Shown in pieces: positions 37,574 through 47,766 of a stretch of 64,000 nt of DNA. The stretch comes from Minisyncoccia bacterium (GTDB lineage: Bacteria > Patescibacteriota > Minisyncoccia > Phycocordibacterales > UBA9973), in NCBI GenBank assembly GCA_049287305.1, contig JBAQFO010000014.1:64453-128452 (forward strand). The letters are read 5' to 3'. Position 1 is the first letter of the stretch; every line of letters begins with the position of its first letter. A program made the position numbers and the translations under genes. Under the pieces are notes generated by a model. That model was not told the DNA's origin. It saw nothing but the letters and a program-made list of their open reading frames with translations, and searched no databases.

Positions 37574-39313
37574 ATGAAGGCAGAGACGAAACAATGCCAG
37601 AACTGCAAATCGGACTTTACTATTGAGCCGGACGATTTCGGGTTTTATGAGAAAATAAAAGTTCCTCTGCCTACATTCTGTCCGGATTGCAGAAGACAAA
37701 GGCGCTGGGCGTGGAGAAACAACATGTCCCTTTACAACCGCCAATGTGAATTATGCGGGAAGGGAGTCGTCTCTCTTTATCATCCAGATTCAGACCTTGT
37801 AGTTTATTGCAATAAATGCTGGTGGAGTGACAAATGGGATCCTAAAAGATATGGAGTAAATTATGATTTTTCCAGAACATTCTTTGCTCAATTCCGCGAG
37901 CTTGTAAGTAAGGTTCCCCATATGGCTATCGTAAATGATGATGGCATAGCCAGTTTAAATTGTGAATATACGCACGACTGGTGGTTCTCAAAAAATTGCT
38001 ATATGTGTTTTTCGGGGTGGTATGTGGAAAATGTGATATATAGTTTTTTCGTATTGAAGGGCAAGGATATTATGGATTGTATGAATATACGTTCGGAAAG
38101 CAATTGGATATACGACTGCACCCTGACAAGCTTGTCTTATAATTCAAAGTATTTAAATTACTGCCTCTCTTGCATTGATTCTCAATTTTTATATAACTGC
38201 ATTAATTGCAATAGTTGTTTCATGTGCGTAAATTTAACCAATAAAAAATATTATTTTAAAAACCGACAATACTCAAAAGAGGAGTATGAAAAAATTTTAG
38301 AAAGTTACCGGCTGGATACGTTTTCCGGAGTAGAAAAAGCCCGAAGAGAGTTTGATACATTTCGCCTGCCTTATCCCCGCCGATTCTTACATCTTTTTCG
38401 CACAGTAAATAGTGTCGGTGACATACTTTCCGATTCTAAAAATACAAAATACTGTTTTGTTACAAAAAATTCCGAGAATTGCAGATACAGCGAATACGCG
38501 GGAGACAAAAATAATCCGAACAAAGACTGCTATGACCTCACTCTGTGCGGAGGTGTGTCGGAGTGCTATGAAGGAGTTGTGTTGGACCATTCCCAATTGA
38601 ATCTTTTCGGACTCTTTTCGGTTAAAAGCCAGGACATACAATATAACCAGCATTGTCACAACTGCAAGCATGTTTTTGGGTGTGTCGGCCTTAGAAACGC
38701 GAGCTATTGTATTTTCAACAAGCAATACACAAAAGAAGAATATGAAAAACTTGTGCCACAAATAATAAAACACATGAATGAGATGCCTTACATGGACAAG
38801 GTCGGCAACGAATATCGCTACGGAGAATATTTTCCGGCTGAGCTTTCTTATTTTGGCTACAATGAATCTTCGGCAATGGAGCAATATCCGCTTACGAAAA
38901 CAGAAGCTATGGAAAAAGGTTTCAGGTGGCAGGATGAAACGCAGCGCACCATTGGGAAGGAAACTTTAAAACCGGAGAATATCCCGGAAGGTATCGAAGA
39001 AATAACAGATTCTGTCTTAAATGAGATATTGGCCTGCGTTGACTGCAAGAGAAACTACAAAATCATTCCCAACGAGCTTATATTTTATAAAAAAATGAAA
39101 ATTCCAATTCCGAGGAGGTGTTTTTATTGTCGTCACGAAGCAAGAGTTAAGAGGTGGAATCCTTTCAAGCTTTGGCACAGAGAATGCATGTGCGGTAAAG
39201 ACAATCATTTCCACGGAGAAGAGAACTGCACAGTGGAGTTTGAAACATCTTACGCGCCGGGCAGGCCGGAAATAGTGTATTGTGAAAAATGTTATCAGGC
39301 AGAGATGTATTAA
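37574..39313 (+). CDS. Cysteine-rich multi-zinc-ribbon paralog family member 5
   Basis: 579 aa. KQCQNCKSDFTIEPDDFGFYEKIKVPLPTFCPDCRRQRRWAWRNN..., C-terminal EFETSYAPGRPEIVYCEKCYQAEMY. Confidence 0.85.
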   Translation: MKAETKQCQNCKSDFTIEPDDFGFYEKIKVPLPTFCPDCRRQRRWAWRNNMSLYNRQCELCGKGVVSLYHPDSDLVVYCNKCWWSDKWDPKRYGVNYDFSRTFFAQFRELVSKVPHMAIVNDDGIASLNCEYTHDWWFSKNCYMCFSGWYVENVIYSFFVLKGKDIMDCMNIRSESNWIYDCTLTSLSYNSKYLNYCLSCIDSQFLYNCINCNSCFMCVNLTNKKYYFKNRQYSKEEYEKILESYRLDTFSGVEKARREFDTFRLPYPRRFLHLFRTVNSVGDILSDSKNTKYCFVTKNSENCRYSEYAGDKNNPNKDCYDLTLCGGVSECYEGVVLDHSQLNLFGLFSVKSQDIQYNQHCHNCKHVFGCVGLRNASYCIFNKQYTKEEYEKLVPQIIKHMNEMPYMDKVGNEYRYGEYFPAELSYFGYNESSAMEQYPLTKTEAMEKGFRWQDETQRTIGKETLKPENIPEGIEEITDSVLNEILACVDCKRNYKIIPNELIFYKKMKIPIPRRCFYCRHEARVKRWNPFKLWHRECMCGKDNHFHGEENCTVEFETSYAPGRPEIVYCEKCYQAEMY

Positions 39314-39315
39314 TT

Positions 39316-39822
39316 ATGAAAAATGAAATTTTAGAATTTGGAATAAAAAGAGAAAACGAAGAGCGCCGTGATGGGGGGTGTGGAGTAGTTTTTGACCCAA
39401 AAACTCAAAAGTATGCCGCAGGGATAAAACCGAATGGTCTGCTCATACTTTTTGCTGGAGGGGTTGATAAAGAAGAGGATGTGCAAGAAGGAACCATGAG
39501 AGAGGTTACAGAAGAAAGCGGATTATATGACTTTCTTTATATTGAAAAAATAGGGGAGGGATTGTCGCATTTTTATAACAGCGCAAAAAACGTAAACCGA
39601 GTCGCGCATTTTACCTGTTTTTTGGCGGTCCTTAAGAGCGCTAATTTGGTCCCCACAAAACTCGAGGAGCATGAAAACTTTACGCTTACTTGGGTGAGCG
39701 CGCAAGAATTTATATCCAACTGGGAAGAAAGAAATCAAAATAAAGACTACGAACATTGGATTTATTTTTTCAAAAAGGCCGTAAATCGAGCGAAAGAACT
39801 GGGTTACGATGCAGTTAGTTAA
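39316..39822 (+). CDS. NUDIX hydrolase
   Basis: Nudix box GGVDKEEDVQEGTMREVTEESGL. Start taken at MKNEILEF (39316) just after the paralog 5 stop. Confidence 0.75.
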   Translation: MKNEILEFGIKRENEERRDGGCGVVFDPKTQKYAAGIKPNGLLILFAGGVDKEEDVQEGTMREVTEESGLYDFLYIEKIGEGLSHFYNSAKNVNRVAHFTCFLAVLKSANLVPTKLEEHENFTLTWVSAQEFISNWEERNQNKDYEHWIYFFKKAVNRAKELGYDAVS

Positions 39823-39854
39823 GTATTTTATAAAAAACACCCAAAATGCTATTA
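39819..39854. repeat. About 36-nt promoter-like direct repeat, copy 1 (TTAAGTATTTTATAAAAAACA(c/t)C(c/t)AAAATGCTAT)
   Basis: Near-identical to the copy at 40462-40498. Both lie immediately upstream of a gene start and contain TATAAT-like boxes. Confidence 0.4.
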
Positions 39855-39870
39855 TCTATATAAATAAAAT

Positions 39871-40455
39871 ATGAAAGAAAAAATTATAATTATTGAAGGG
39901 GCAAGTTATTTAAGGTCGGACATAAAGTTGGTGCAAAAACTCATAGTGTTGTTTTATAAAATATTTAACGTAGTTCCATTTTATGATAAAGAACATGAAA
40001 AATGGCTCAAATTGATAGAAAACGGTAATAGGGAAATGATTTATTTTGATTGGTCTGGTCAAGTGTGGCCTCATGTGGTAAATAAAGCCGCACGTAAACT
40101 TGCCTTGTTGGTGGAGAAGGAAGGGCCGGTTAAAATTATATCAACTAGTCTGGGAACCCAAATCGCCATCAAAGCCAGTAAGCACACACAAAACATTAAA
40201 AAAATCGTATCCCTCTCCGGTGTGTATACTCCTCGTCCAATATCAATAGAGTTTATAGATATATATTCTACAAGTGATCGCTTTGCAAATGTATTTAGAT
40301 GCCTGTTGAAATTTATAGCTATACACAGAAGAATCAAGCGCCGAGAGGTAATATTGCATAATATTCGCCACGACCAGTTTCGCGACGATCTGCGATTTAC
40401 AGAAGGTGAATTTAAAGGTTTTACTATGTCTGAATTGTTAAATCATTTTTTATAG
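39871..40455 (+). CDS. Hypothetical protein (194 aa)
   Basis: ORF bracketed by the two repeat copies; no recognisable motif. Confidence 0.4.
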   Translation: MKEKIIIIEGASYLRSDIKLVQKLIVLFYKIFNVVPFYDKEHEKWLKLIENGNREMIYFDWSGQVWPHVVNKAARKLALLVEKEGPVKIISTSLGTQIAIKASKHTQNIKKIVSLSGVYTPRPISIEFIDIYSTSDRFANVFRCLLKFIAIHRRIKRREVILHNIRHDQFRDDLRFTEGEFKGFTMSELLNHFL

Positions 40456-40461
40456 AACTTT

Positions 40462-40498
40462 TTAAGTATTTTATAAAAAACATCTAAAATGCTATAAT
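40462..40498. repeat. Promoter-like direct repeat, copy 2
   Basis: See copy 1; this one lies upstream of the MFS transporter gene. Confidence 0.4.
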
Positions 40499-40504
40499 TT
40501 TGAA

Positions 40505-41737
40505 ATGAAAAACCCGGTAAGGCTTTGGTATCTTTATGATTTTGCCAATTCTTTCGCGTCTGTTGTTTTGATTTTTTATTACCCTCTTTTGCTTTCGGAA
40601 AAAGGCGCAAGCGATACTTGGATTGGAGTATCTGCTTCCATTGCTACCGCACTTTTACTCATAATCTTACCGGTTTTGGGCCGATACTCTGACAGAACCG
40701 GGAAAAGAATATATTTCATAAAAATTGCGTCGTGGCTTATGGTTTTATCCCTTGTCGCCATCGCCTTCCTGTCTCAAAAAACAGAAGTTTTTACCGAAGC
40801 AACATTGTTTACACTTTCAGTATTATATATTTTATTTTTTACATGTTTCCAGGGGTCTTATGTTTTCTACTCTTCGATGTTGCGAGAAATTACGGATAGC
40901 GACAACAGTGCGCGGGTGTCGGGGATAGGGTTGGGCTTTGGGCAGTTGGGTAATACCATGGCTCTCTCTTTAATCGGTCCTATTATGGGTTCTTCTTTTA
41001 TTTTTTTAGGATTTCACGACAAACCCTTGGCGTTTTTATTGGGCGCGGTCCTTTTTGCTTTAGTTTCTCTGCCATTTTTGAGACAAAAAGAAGCGCAAAC
41101 TAATTTCCCCAAAATAAATTTTTCTTATAAAGAATTTCTTAAAAAAATATTTGCTGTTAGAAAAGTTTATCTATTCATAATCGGCTATGCTCTTTTGTCC
41201 GACGCCATTCTTACTTTCCAGCTTTATATATCTCTATACATGAGGAATGTTTTTGATTTTTCAGACAAATTGGTTACATATGTGGCGGTGATAGGATTGG
41301 TTGGAACAGTATTAGGGGGATTTTTTGCCAGCAAATTTTCTGTCAAAATCAAAAACGAGGAAAGAGCTTTAAGAATAGCAAGTTTGATGTATGCTGTCTG
41401 CTTTGGATTGTGCGCGCTAATGCCCAAAATAACCGTTCTTGTTTTTGCTGTCTTGTTCATGAGCGGGGTATCATATGGCCTGGTTTTTTCACTTGCCCGC
41501 GCCGTTTATTCTAAGATTTCTCCTCCGGAAAGCCAGGGTGAATTCTTCAGTGTCTTCACCGTATTTGAAAGAGCTGCGTCTGTGATTGGTCCTTTGGTTT
41601 GGATTGGGACTTTTTATTTGTTTCAAAAATTCGGAGAGAGCATTCAATACAGGGGGTCGATTCTTGTTCTGGCAGTAGTATGTCTATTGGGATTTTCTTT
41701 TTTAAGAAAAAGCGGTAAACTGCCAAATAGTGTATAA
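40505..41737 (+). CDS. MFS transporter
   Basis: 410 aa, 12 predicted TM helices, GRYSDRTGKR loop motif between TM2 and TM3. Confidence 0.7.
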   Translation: MKNPVRLWYLYDFANSFASVVLIFYYPLLLSEKGASDTWIGVSASIATALLLIILPVLGRYSDRTGKRIYFIKIASWLMVLSLVAIAFLSQKTEVFTEATLFTLSVLYILFFTCFQGSYVFYSSMLREITDSDNSARVSGIGLGFGQLGNTMALSLIGPIMGSSFIFLGFHDKPLAFLLGAVLFALVSLPFLRQKEAQTNFPKINFSYKEFLKKIFAVRKVYLFIIGYALLSDAILTFQLYISLYMRNVFDFSDKLVTYVAVIGLVGTVLGGFFASKFSVKIKNEERALRIASLMYAVCFGLCALMPKITVLVFAVLFMSGVSYGLVFSLARAVYSKISPPESQGEFFSVFTVFERAASVIGPLVWIGTFYLFQKFGESIQYRGSILVLAVVCLLGFSFLRKSGKLPNSV

Positions 41738-42800
41738 TTTTCATATGCTTTTAAATTTGGTCAAAATTTCCATACCGACGGCAGCAGCATTCTTTATTGC
41801 CCTTATTTTAACTCCAATTGCCACCCATTTTTTCTATAAATATAAAATGTGGAAGAAGTATTCGCGCAATTTGGACGCGCACGCGGTAGAATTCCATGCT
41901 ATCCACAACGAAGCCGAAGAATTGAAGACTCCGCGAGTCGGGGGAATAATTATCTGGGTCTCGGCGCTTTTTACCACTATAATTTTTTATTTAGCCGAAA
42001 TATTATTTCCTTCTGCCGGCACGGAAAAAATGAATTTCTTAAGTCGCAATCAAACTTTGATACCGTTCTTTACGCTCCTCCTGGGCTCGCTTATCGGGCT
42101 ATGGGATGACCTTATACAAATATACGGGAATGGTCGATTTGCTAGAGATGACACATCTTGGCGGAAATGGAAGGCAGTAATGGTCTCTGCAGTGGCACTT
42201 TTAATAGGAATGTGGTTTTACTATAAACTCGGAATGACATCTCTCCATATTCCGTTCGGGGGCGAGATGTTCCTTGGCATATTGATTATTCCATTTTTTA
42301 TAATTGTAGCCTTGGCGACTTTTTCGGGCGGAGTCATAGACGGGATAGACGGCTTGTCGGGCGGAGTCTTGGCATCCATGTTCGGTGCTTTTTCCATAAT
42401 CGCTTTTGCTAATAATCAAATAGACCTTGCCGCTTTTTCAGGAGTGCTTATGGGGGTGACCTTGGCGTTTTTGTGGTTTAATATCCCGCCAGCCAGATTC
42501 TACATGGGGGAGACGGGGATAATGGGACTTACTATTACGCTTGCCACCTTGGCGTTTCTAACTGACTCTGTTTTTGTTCTTCCCGTGGTCGCTATGCCAT
42601 TGGTTGTGACTTCGGGGTCCGTAATTTTGCAGTTACTTTCAAAAAAATTCAGGAACGGGAAAAGACTATTTCAGCTTGCGCCGATACATCACCATTTTGA
42701 AGCTATTGGCTGGTCTTCTTATAAAGTCACCATGCGTTTTTGGATTCTATCCGTAATTTTTGCGATTATCGGAGTAATTTTAGCGGTTATTAGTCGGTAA
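41730..42800 (+). CDS. mraY: Phospho-N-acetylmuramoyl-pentapeptide transferase
   Basis: IGLWDDL, GVIDGIDGL, APIHHHFE motifs. Confidence 0.8.
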   Translation: MYNFHMLLNLVKISIPTAAAFFIALILTPIATHFFYKYKMWKKYSRNLDAHAVEFHAIHNEAEELKTPRVGGIIIWVSALFTTIIFYLAEILFPSAGTEKMNFLSRNQTLIPFFTLLLGSLIGLWDDLIQIYGNGRFARDDTSWRKWKAVMVSAVALLIGMWFYYKLGMTSLHIPFGGEMFLGILIIPFFIIVALATFSGGVIDGIDGLSGGVLASMFGAFSIIAFANNQIDLAAFSGVLMGVTLAFLWFNIPPARFYMGETGIMGLTITLATLAFLTDSVFVLPVVAMPLVVTSGSVILQLLSKKFRNGKRLFQLAPIHHHFEAIGWSSYKVTMRFWILSVIFAIIGVILAVISR

Positions 42801-42802
42801 AT

Positions 42803-43906
42803 ATGAAAGAGAAAAAAGTAGACAAATTTTTTTTGGTAATAATATTTTTGCTTCTCTCTGTGGGGGTAGCTATTTTTGTTTCGGCGTCCTTGGGGATTCT
42901 GGCGAAAAATCAACAGACTTTTTTTTCCGTCCTATTTAGCCAGCTTGTGCTGGGCTTAGGCTTGGGACTTGTCGGCATGTATTTATCTCTTAAAGTAAAT
43001 TATAAATTTTGGCGCAACTATTCTTTCCTTATTTTTCTCGGGTCAATTATCCTCACGGCCCTGGTTTTTGTGCCGTCTTTAGGGTGGAGTCATGGAGGCG
43101 CTACCAGGTGGCTGGATTTGGGATTTACCCGTCTTCAGCCGGTAGAATTTTTGAAATTCGGATTTGTTATTTATTTTGCGGCGTGGCTGTCCTGGGTAAA
43201 AAACAGAGTGCAAGATTTCAGGTTTGGGATTTTACCTTTCTCGATAATGATTGCGATAATCGCCTTGGTTTTATTTAAACAGCCTGATACTAAAAGTTTT
43301 ATTTTGATTACCGTTACCGGAGTTTCCATGCTCTTTATTTCCGGAGTTCCGCTTAAATGGGTTTTAGGCGCTGGGCTTGGCTTTACCATACTCCTTGCGG
43401 GCTTGGTTTATTTTACGCCCTACCTTCAGGCGCGAGTAAAAACTTTCATCAACCCGGCCCAAGATGCCAAAGGTTCGTCATATCAAATACAGCAGTCTCT
43501 CATAGCTCTGGGGTCGGGAGGAGTGTTCGGAAGAGGTTTTGGACAAAGTGTGCAGAAATTTAGCTATCTACCTGAGCCCCAAGGGGACTCAATTTATGCC
43601 GTGCTGGGGGAAGAACTCGGATTTGTCGGGGCATTTGCCACCTTGTTTTTATACGTGCTATTTCTCCTGCGAGGCCTGCGTATTGCCAATAGAGCCCCAG
43701 ACCTTTTCAGTGGACTAATGGTGTCAGGAATTGTTATACTCATCACAGTGCAGTCTTTTATGCACATAGCTTCTATCACCGGGGTTTTCCCGCTGACCGG
43801 AGTGCCGCTCGTGTTTATGAGTCACGGAGGGACTTCGCTTATGATATATCTTATCGCCATCGGCATCGTGCTTAACATATCTAAATTTCAAAAAAAATCA
43901 TTATGA
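42803..43906 (+). CDS. ftsW: SEDS-family peptidoglycan glycosyltransferase (FtsW/RodA)
   Basis: 10-TM SEDS architecture with the conserved extracellular-loop motif PEPQGDSIYAVLGEELGF and LPLTGVPLVFMSHGGTS. Confidence 0.8.
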   Translation: MKEKKVDKFFLVIIFLLLSVGVAIFVSASLGILAKNQQTFFSVLFSQLVLGLGLGLVGMYLSLKVNYKFWRNYSFLIFLGSIILTALVFVPSLGWSHGGATRWLDLGFTRLQPVEFLKFGFVIYFAAWLSWVKNRVQDFRFGILPFSIMIAIIALVLFKQPDTKSFILITVTGVSMLFISGVPLKWVLGAGLGFTILLAGLVYFTPYLQARVKTFINPAQDAKGSSYQIQQSLIALGSGGVFGRGFGQSVQKFSYLPEPQGDSIYAVLGEELGFVGAFATLFLYVLFLLRGLRIANRAPDLFSGLMVSGIVILITVQSFMHIASITGVFPLTGVPLVFMSHGGTSLMIYLIAIGIVLNISKFQKKSL

Positions 43907-45033
43907 AAATAGTTTTTACAGGGGGCGGAACAGGCGGGCATTTTTATCCGATTATTGCCGTAGTTCAAAGAGTTAACAAAATAATAGCGGAGGAACATAT
44001 AATAGGAGCGAAGCTTTATTATTTTTCAGACAGCCCATACGACAAAGCGCTACTCAAAGAAAACGAGCTTGAATACGAAGAAGTAGGCTCCGGCAAGATG
44101 CGCATGTATTTTTCCTTTAAGAATTTTTCCGATGTTTTTAAAATTTTATTCGGCAGCATTAACGCAAGTTTTAAATTGTTCTCTATTTATCCAGATGTTG
44201 TTTTCGGCAAAGGAGGATACGCTTCGTTCCCGACAATTTTCGCAGCGAGGATTTTGCGAATTCCCGTTGTGATACACGAGTCCGATTGCGCGCCCGGACG
44301 AGTAAATAAATGGGCTGGACGTTTTGCTAAAAGAGTTGCCGTATCGTTCCCGGAGGCTGCGGAATATTTTGCAAAAGAAAAAACCGCCTGGACCGGACAG
44401 CCGATACGGAGCGAAATAGAAAAAGGCGTTCCTCGAGCCGAAGCTCTTTCGTATTACAAACTTGAATCCGACGTTCCGACTGTCGTCATTCTGGGAGGGT
44501 CTCAGGGGGCGGAGCTCATCAATAACGCAATCCTGGATGCCTTGCCTCGGCTGGTGCAAAATTATCAGGTTATCCATCAGACCGGCGTCAAAAATTTCAA
44601 AACAGTTTCGGGGCAAGCCGAGGTTGTTCTTGCCGACAACAAAAACAAATCCCGATACCAACCAATAGATTTTTTAAATTCTCTCCAGCTTAAAATGGCG
44701 GCCGGAGCCGCTTCTATTATCGTGTCCCGGGCGGGTTCAACACTTTTTGAAATTGCTTCTTGGGGAGTGCCGTCAATTCTTGTTCCTTTTACGAAATCCA
44801 ACGCTAACCACTCAAAGAAAAATGCTTTTAGCTACGCCAGGGCGGGAGGGTGTAGTGTTATAGAAGAGCCTAACATGACAGCCAACATTCTAAGTTCCGA
44901 AATAGAAAGAATCCTGGGTGATAAAACTACATCCGAGCTCATGAAGCAAGGAGCTCAAGCGTTCAGTAAATCCGGTGCCGCGGAAAAAATAGCCCGCCAG
45001 CTCGTAGATATTGCCTTAAGTCACGAAAAATAA
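43903..45033 (+). CDS. murG: UDP-GlcNAc:undecaprenyl-PP-MurNAc-pentapeptide GlcNAc transferase
   Basis: KIVFTGGGTGGHFYP N-terminal G-loop and GT-B fold; overlaps ftsW by 4 nt. Confidence 0.85.
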   Translation: MKIVFTGGGTGGHFYPIIAVVQRVNKIIAEEHIIGAKLYYFSDSPYDKALLKENELEYEEVGSGKMRMYFSFKNFSDVFKILFGSINASFKLFSIYPDVVFGKGGYASFPTIFAARILRIPVVIHESDCAPGRVNKWAGRFAKRVAVSFPEAAEYFAKEKTAWTGQPIRSEIEKGVPRAEALSYYKLESDVPTVVILGGSQGAELINNAILDALPRLVQNYQVIHQTGVKNFKTVSGQAEVVLADNKNKSRYQPIDFLNSLQLKMAAGAASIIVSRAGSTLFEIASWGVPSILVPFTKSNANHSKKNAFSYARAGGCSVIEEPNMTANILSSEIERILGDKTTSELMKQGAQAFSKSGAAEKIARQLVDIALSHEK

Positions 45034-45054
45034 AAAATATGTTAATATAGAAGG

Positions 45055-46482
45055 ATGCAGGATAAAACAGTCGTAACCAGATTTGCTCCTTCACCCACGG
45101 GCTTTATGCATGTGGGTAATTTACGCACCGGTCTTTTTGCGTGGCTTTGGGCTCGAAAAAATAAAGGAATTTTCATACTAAGAATAGAAGACACTGATAA
45201 AAAACGAGAAGTAGAAGGCTCAATTGAGCATATAAAAGAATCCCTAAGGTGGATAGGAATAGATTGGGATCAGGGACCAGATATCGGCGGACCACATGCG
45301 CCTTATGTTCAATCACAAAGATTAGATTTATATAAATCATACGGAGAAAAATTAATTGAAAAGGGCTTGGCATATGCCGACCCATATACCGAAGAAGAAC
45401 TGAATGCTTTCAGAAAACAGGCTGAGGCAGACAAAAAGCCTTTTTTGTATCGCGAGCGTCGGCCCGAAAACCCCCCCGCATGGGACGGTAGCATGCCGCT
45501 TCGTTTTAAGGTGCCTGAAATTAAAAAATATTCTTGGACAGATGCGGTGTGGGGAAATCTTTCTGCCGGACCTGAGGCACTGGATGATTTTATTTTGATA
45601 AAAAGTGATGGATATCCTACATATAACTTTGCGCATTTAGTGGATGATATAGAAATGGGGGTTACGCATGTGATGCGTGGGCAGGAGTTTATATCTTCAA
45701 CCCCCAAATATCTCTCCGTTTATGAAGCGTTAGGAGTTAATCCTCCTGTTTTTGCTACTACTCCGCCAGTTATGTCAGATGAAGGAAAAAAGAAGTTGGG
45801 AAAAAGAGACGGCGCAAAAGACGTTTTGGAATATGCCAAGGAAGGATATTTGCCCCAGGCCATGCTCAATTTTCTTGCTCTATTGGGTTGGAATCCCGGA
45901 GGAGAGAAAGAAGTTTTTACCAAAGAGGAGCTGATAAAACTTTTTAGTTTAGACAAGATTCAACACTCCGGAGGACAATTTGGCGACGAAAAATTAGATT
46001 GGCTGAACAAGGAACATATAAAACTTTTACCAAAAGAAGAGGTTGAAAAAAATATTTTAGAAAGATTGCCGGAGAATTTGCGTCATCCTAAGCTGGTACC
46101 ATTAATTTCTGAAAGAATTTCCAAGTGGGGAGAAGTAGGGGAGATGGCAGAAAGAGGGGAGTTGGACTTGTTTGTTAAAGCCCCCGACATGACCGATGTC
46201 CAAAAAACAAAATTAATATTCAAAAATACTTCTGCCGAAAAAATATCCGCGAACTTAAAGGTGGCCATAGAAGTGCTTGAGCAAATTCCAGAGAACGATT
46301 TTTCCCTTGAACACATTAAAAGTTCGTTAATGTCAATAGCTGACGGGATGGAGAGCAGGGGAGAGCTTCTGCACCCTGTGCGATTTGCGCTTTCGGGCAT
46401 GGAGAAGTCGCCGGACCCATTTACCATAGCGTCTATAATTGGAAAAAATGAAACGATTTCAAGATTACAAAAAGCAGTTTAG
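45055..46482 (+). CDS. gltX: Glutamyl-tRNA synthetase
   Basis: RFAPSPTGFMHVGNLRTGLF (HIGH-type) and a KLGKRDG KMSKS-like motif. Confidence 0.9.
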   Translation: MQDKTVVTRFAPSPTGFMHVGNLRTGLFAWLWARKNKGIFILRIEDTDKKREVEGSIEHIKESLRWIGIDWDQGPDIGGPHAPYVQSQRLDLYKSYGEKLIEKGLAYADPYTEEELNAFRKQAEADKKPFLYRERRPENPPAWDGSMPLRFKVPEIKKYSWTDAVWGNLSAGPEALDDFILIKSDGYPTYNFAHLVDDIEMGVTHVMRGQEFISSTPKYLSVYEALGVNPPVFATTPPVMSDEGKKKLGKRDGAKDVLEYAKEGYLPQAMLNFLALLGWNPGGEKEVFTKEELIKLFSLDKIQHSGGQFGDEKLDWLNKEHIKLLPKEEVEKNILERLPENLRHPKLVPLISERISKWGEVGEMAERGELDLFVKAPDMTDVQKTKLIFKNTSAEKISANLKVAIEVLEQIPENDFSLEHIKSSLMSIADGMESRGELLHPVRFALSGMEKSPDPFTIASIIGKNETISRLQKAV

Positions 46483-47716
46483 TTTTTTATTTTTAGCGGT
46501 TTTACTTTTGGGCATGACTCCTTTTCTTTTTTCCTATGCGGAAACCGCTGATGAAATCAGAGATAAGATAAACCAAAGAAGCGCTGACATTGCGGAGGTA
46601 GAGAAACAGATAAAGGCGTATCAGGCGGAGCTGAACTCTCTAGGCAAGCAGAAAGACTCATTAAGTGTTTCTATAAAAGAACTGGACATTACCAAGAAAA
46701 AACTGGGCGCGGATATTTCGCTTACTCAAAACAAAATAGCAAAGACTAACCTCCAAATTCAAAATTTATCCAGCGATATAGGTGATAAAGAAAGTTCCAT
46801 TAAGACGAATACGGATTCCATTAAGCTTGAAATTAGAAAAATAAACGAGTTAGAAGATAATACGTTTTTAGAGACCATGCTTTCCAACGATGATTTTACG
46901 GTTATTTGGAATGATGTAGATAATATTATGACTGTGCGCGAGGTCATGAGAGACCATATATCTGACCTCAAGGAAACCAAAACAGTTCTGGAAGACACTC
47001 GTCAAGTGACCATAGAAGCCAAAAATGAGCTTACCAGGCTCAAGAACCAACTTTCCGACCAGCAAAAAATAGTTGTCCAGAATGCGAACGAAAAAAACAA
47101 ACTTTTGGCCCAAACTAAAAACAGCGAAGCTAACTATCAGAAACTGGTGCAGGCTCAACTGGCAAAAAAAATAGCTTTTGAAAAAGAGCTGGAAGGCTTT
47201 GAGTCGCAATTGAAATTTATATTAGACCCATCCAAAATACCTTCAGGCAGAGTGTTGAGCTGGCCGCTGGACAGCATATTGGTAACTTCGCCTTATGCCC
47301 CGAGATGGGGAGGATTCCACCGCGGAACGGACTTCCGAGCGCCTGTCGGAACCCAGGTTAAATCGGTCGCGGATGGTGTAGTGAAAGGGGTTGGAGATAC
47401 GGATATTTGCTGCCCAGGAGCATCGTTCGGCAAATGGGTGTTCATAGAACACACCAACGGCTTGTCCACTACCTATGCCCATCTCTCCCTGATTAAAGCC
47501 ACGACAGGGCAAAAGGTGTCCAGGGGGACGGTGATAGGCTATAGCGGTAACACGGGGTCTTCTACGGGCCCGCACTTGCATTTATCATTATACGTATCAA
47601 GCGGGGTTAAGGTGGATTCTTTTGCCAGTAAGTCCTATCCGGGCAAAACTCTGACTCAACCAATATCCGCCACAACCGCTTATCTTGACCCAATGAAATA
47701 TTTACCCGCGCAATAA
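46439..47716 (+). CDS. M23-family peptidase with N-terminal coiled-coil (EnvC/NlpD-like)
   Basis: Signal-anchor, long coiled-coil region, C-terminal HRGTDF...GNTGSSTGPHLHLSLY LytM motifs. Start overlaps the gltX end and is uncertain. Confidence 0.75.
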   Translation: MEKMKRFQDYKKQFSFLFLAVLLLGMTPFLFSYAETADEIRDKINQRSADIAEVEKQIKAYQAELNSLGKQKDSLSVSIKELDITKKKLGADISLTQNKIAKTNLQIQNLSSDIGDKESSIKTNTDSIKLEIRKINELEDNTFLETMLSNDDFTVIWNDVDNIMTVREVMRDHISDLKETKTVLEDTRQVTIEAKNELTRLKNQLSDQQKIVVQNANEKNKLLAQTKNSEANYQKLVQAQLAKKIAFEKELEGFESQLKFILDPSKIPSGRVLSWPLDSILVTSPYAPRWGGFHRGTDFRAPVGTQVKSVADGVVKGVGDTDICCPGASFGKWVFIEHTNGLSTTYAHLSLIKATTGQKVSRGTVIGYSGNTGSSTGPHLHLSLYVSSGVKVDSFASKSYPGKTLTQPISATTAYLDPMKYLPAQ

Positions 47717-47766
47717 AACTTATTTATCTTGCCTGGTTTGGTAATTATGGTAAAATATATCTACAA

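Noticed and set aside
2759-39313. Reading the CxxCxxCxxC runs in the Cys-rich paralogs as 4Fe-4S ferredoxin motifs
   Set aside because: Spacing is C-x2-C-x2-C-x2-C without the CxxCxxCxxxCP proline context. Zinc-knuckle or ribbon binding is equally likely. Left open, not annotated as ferredoxin.
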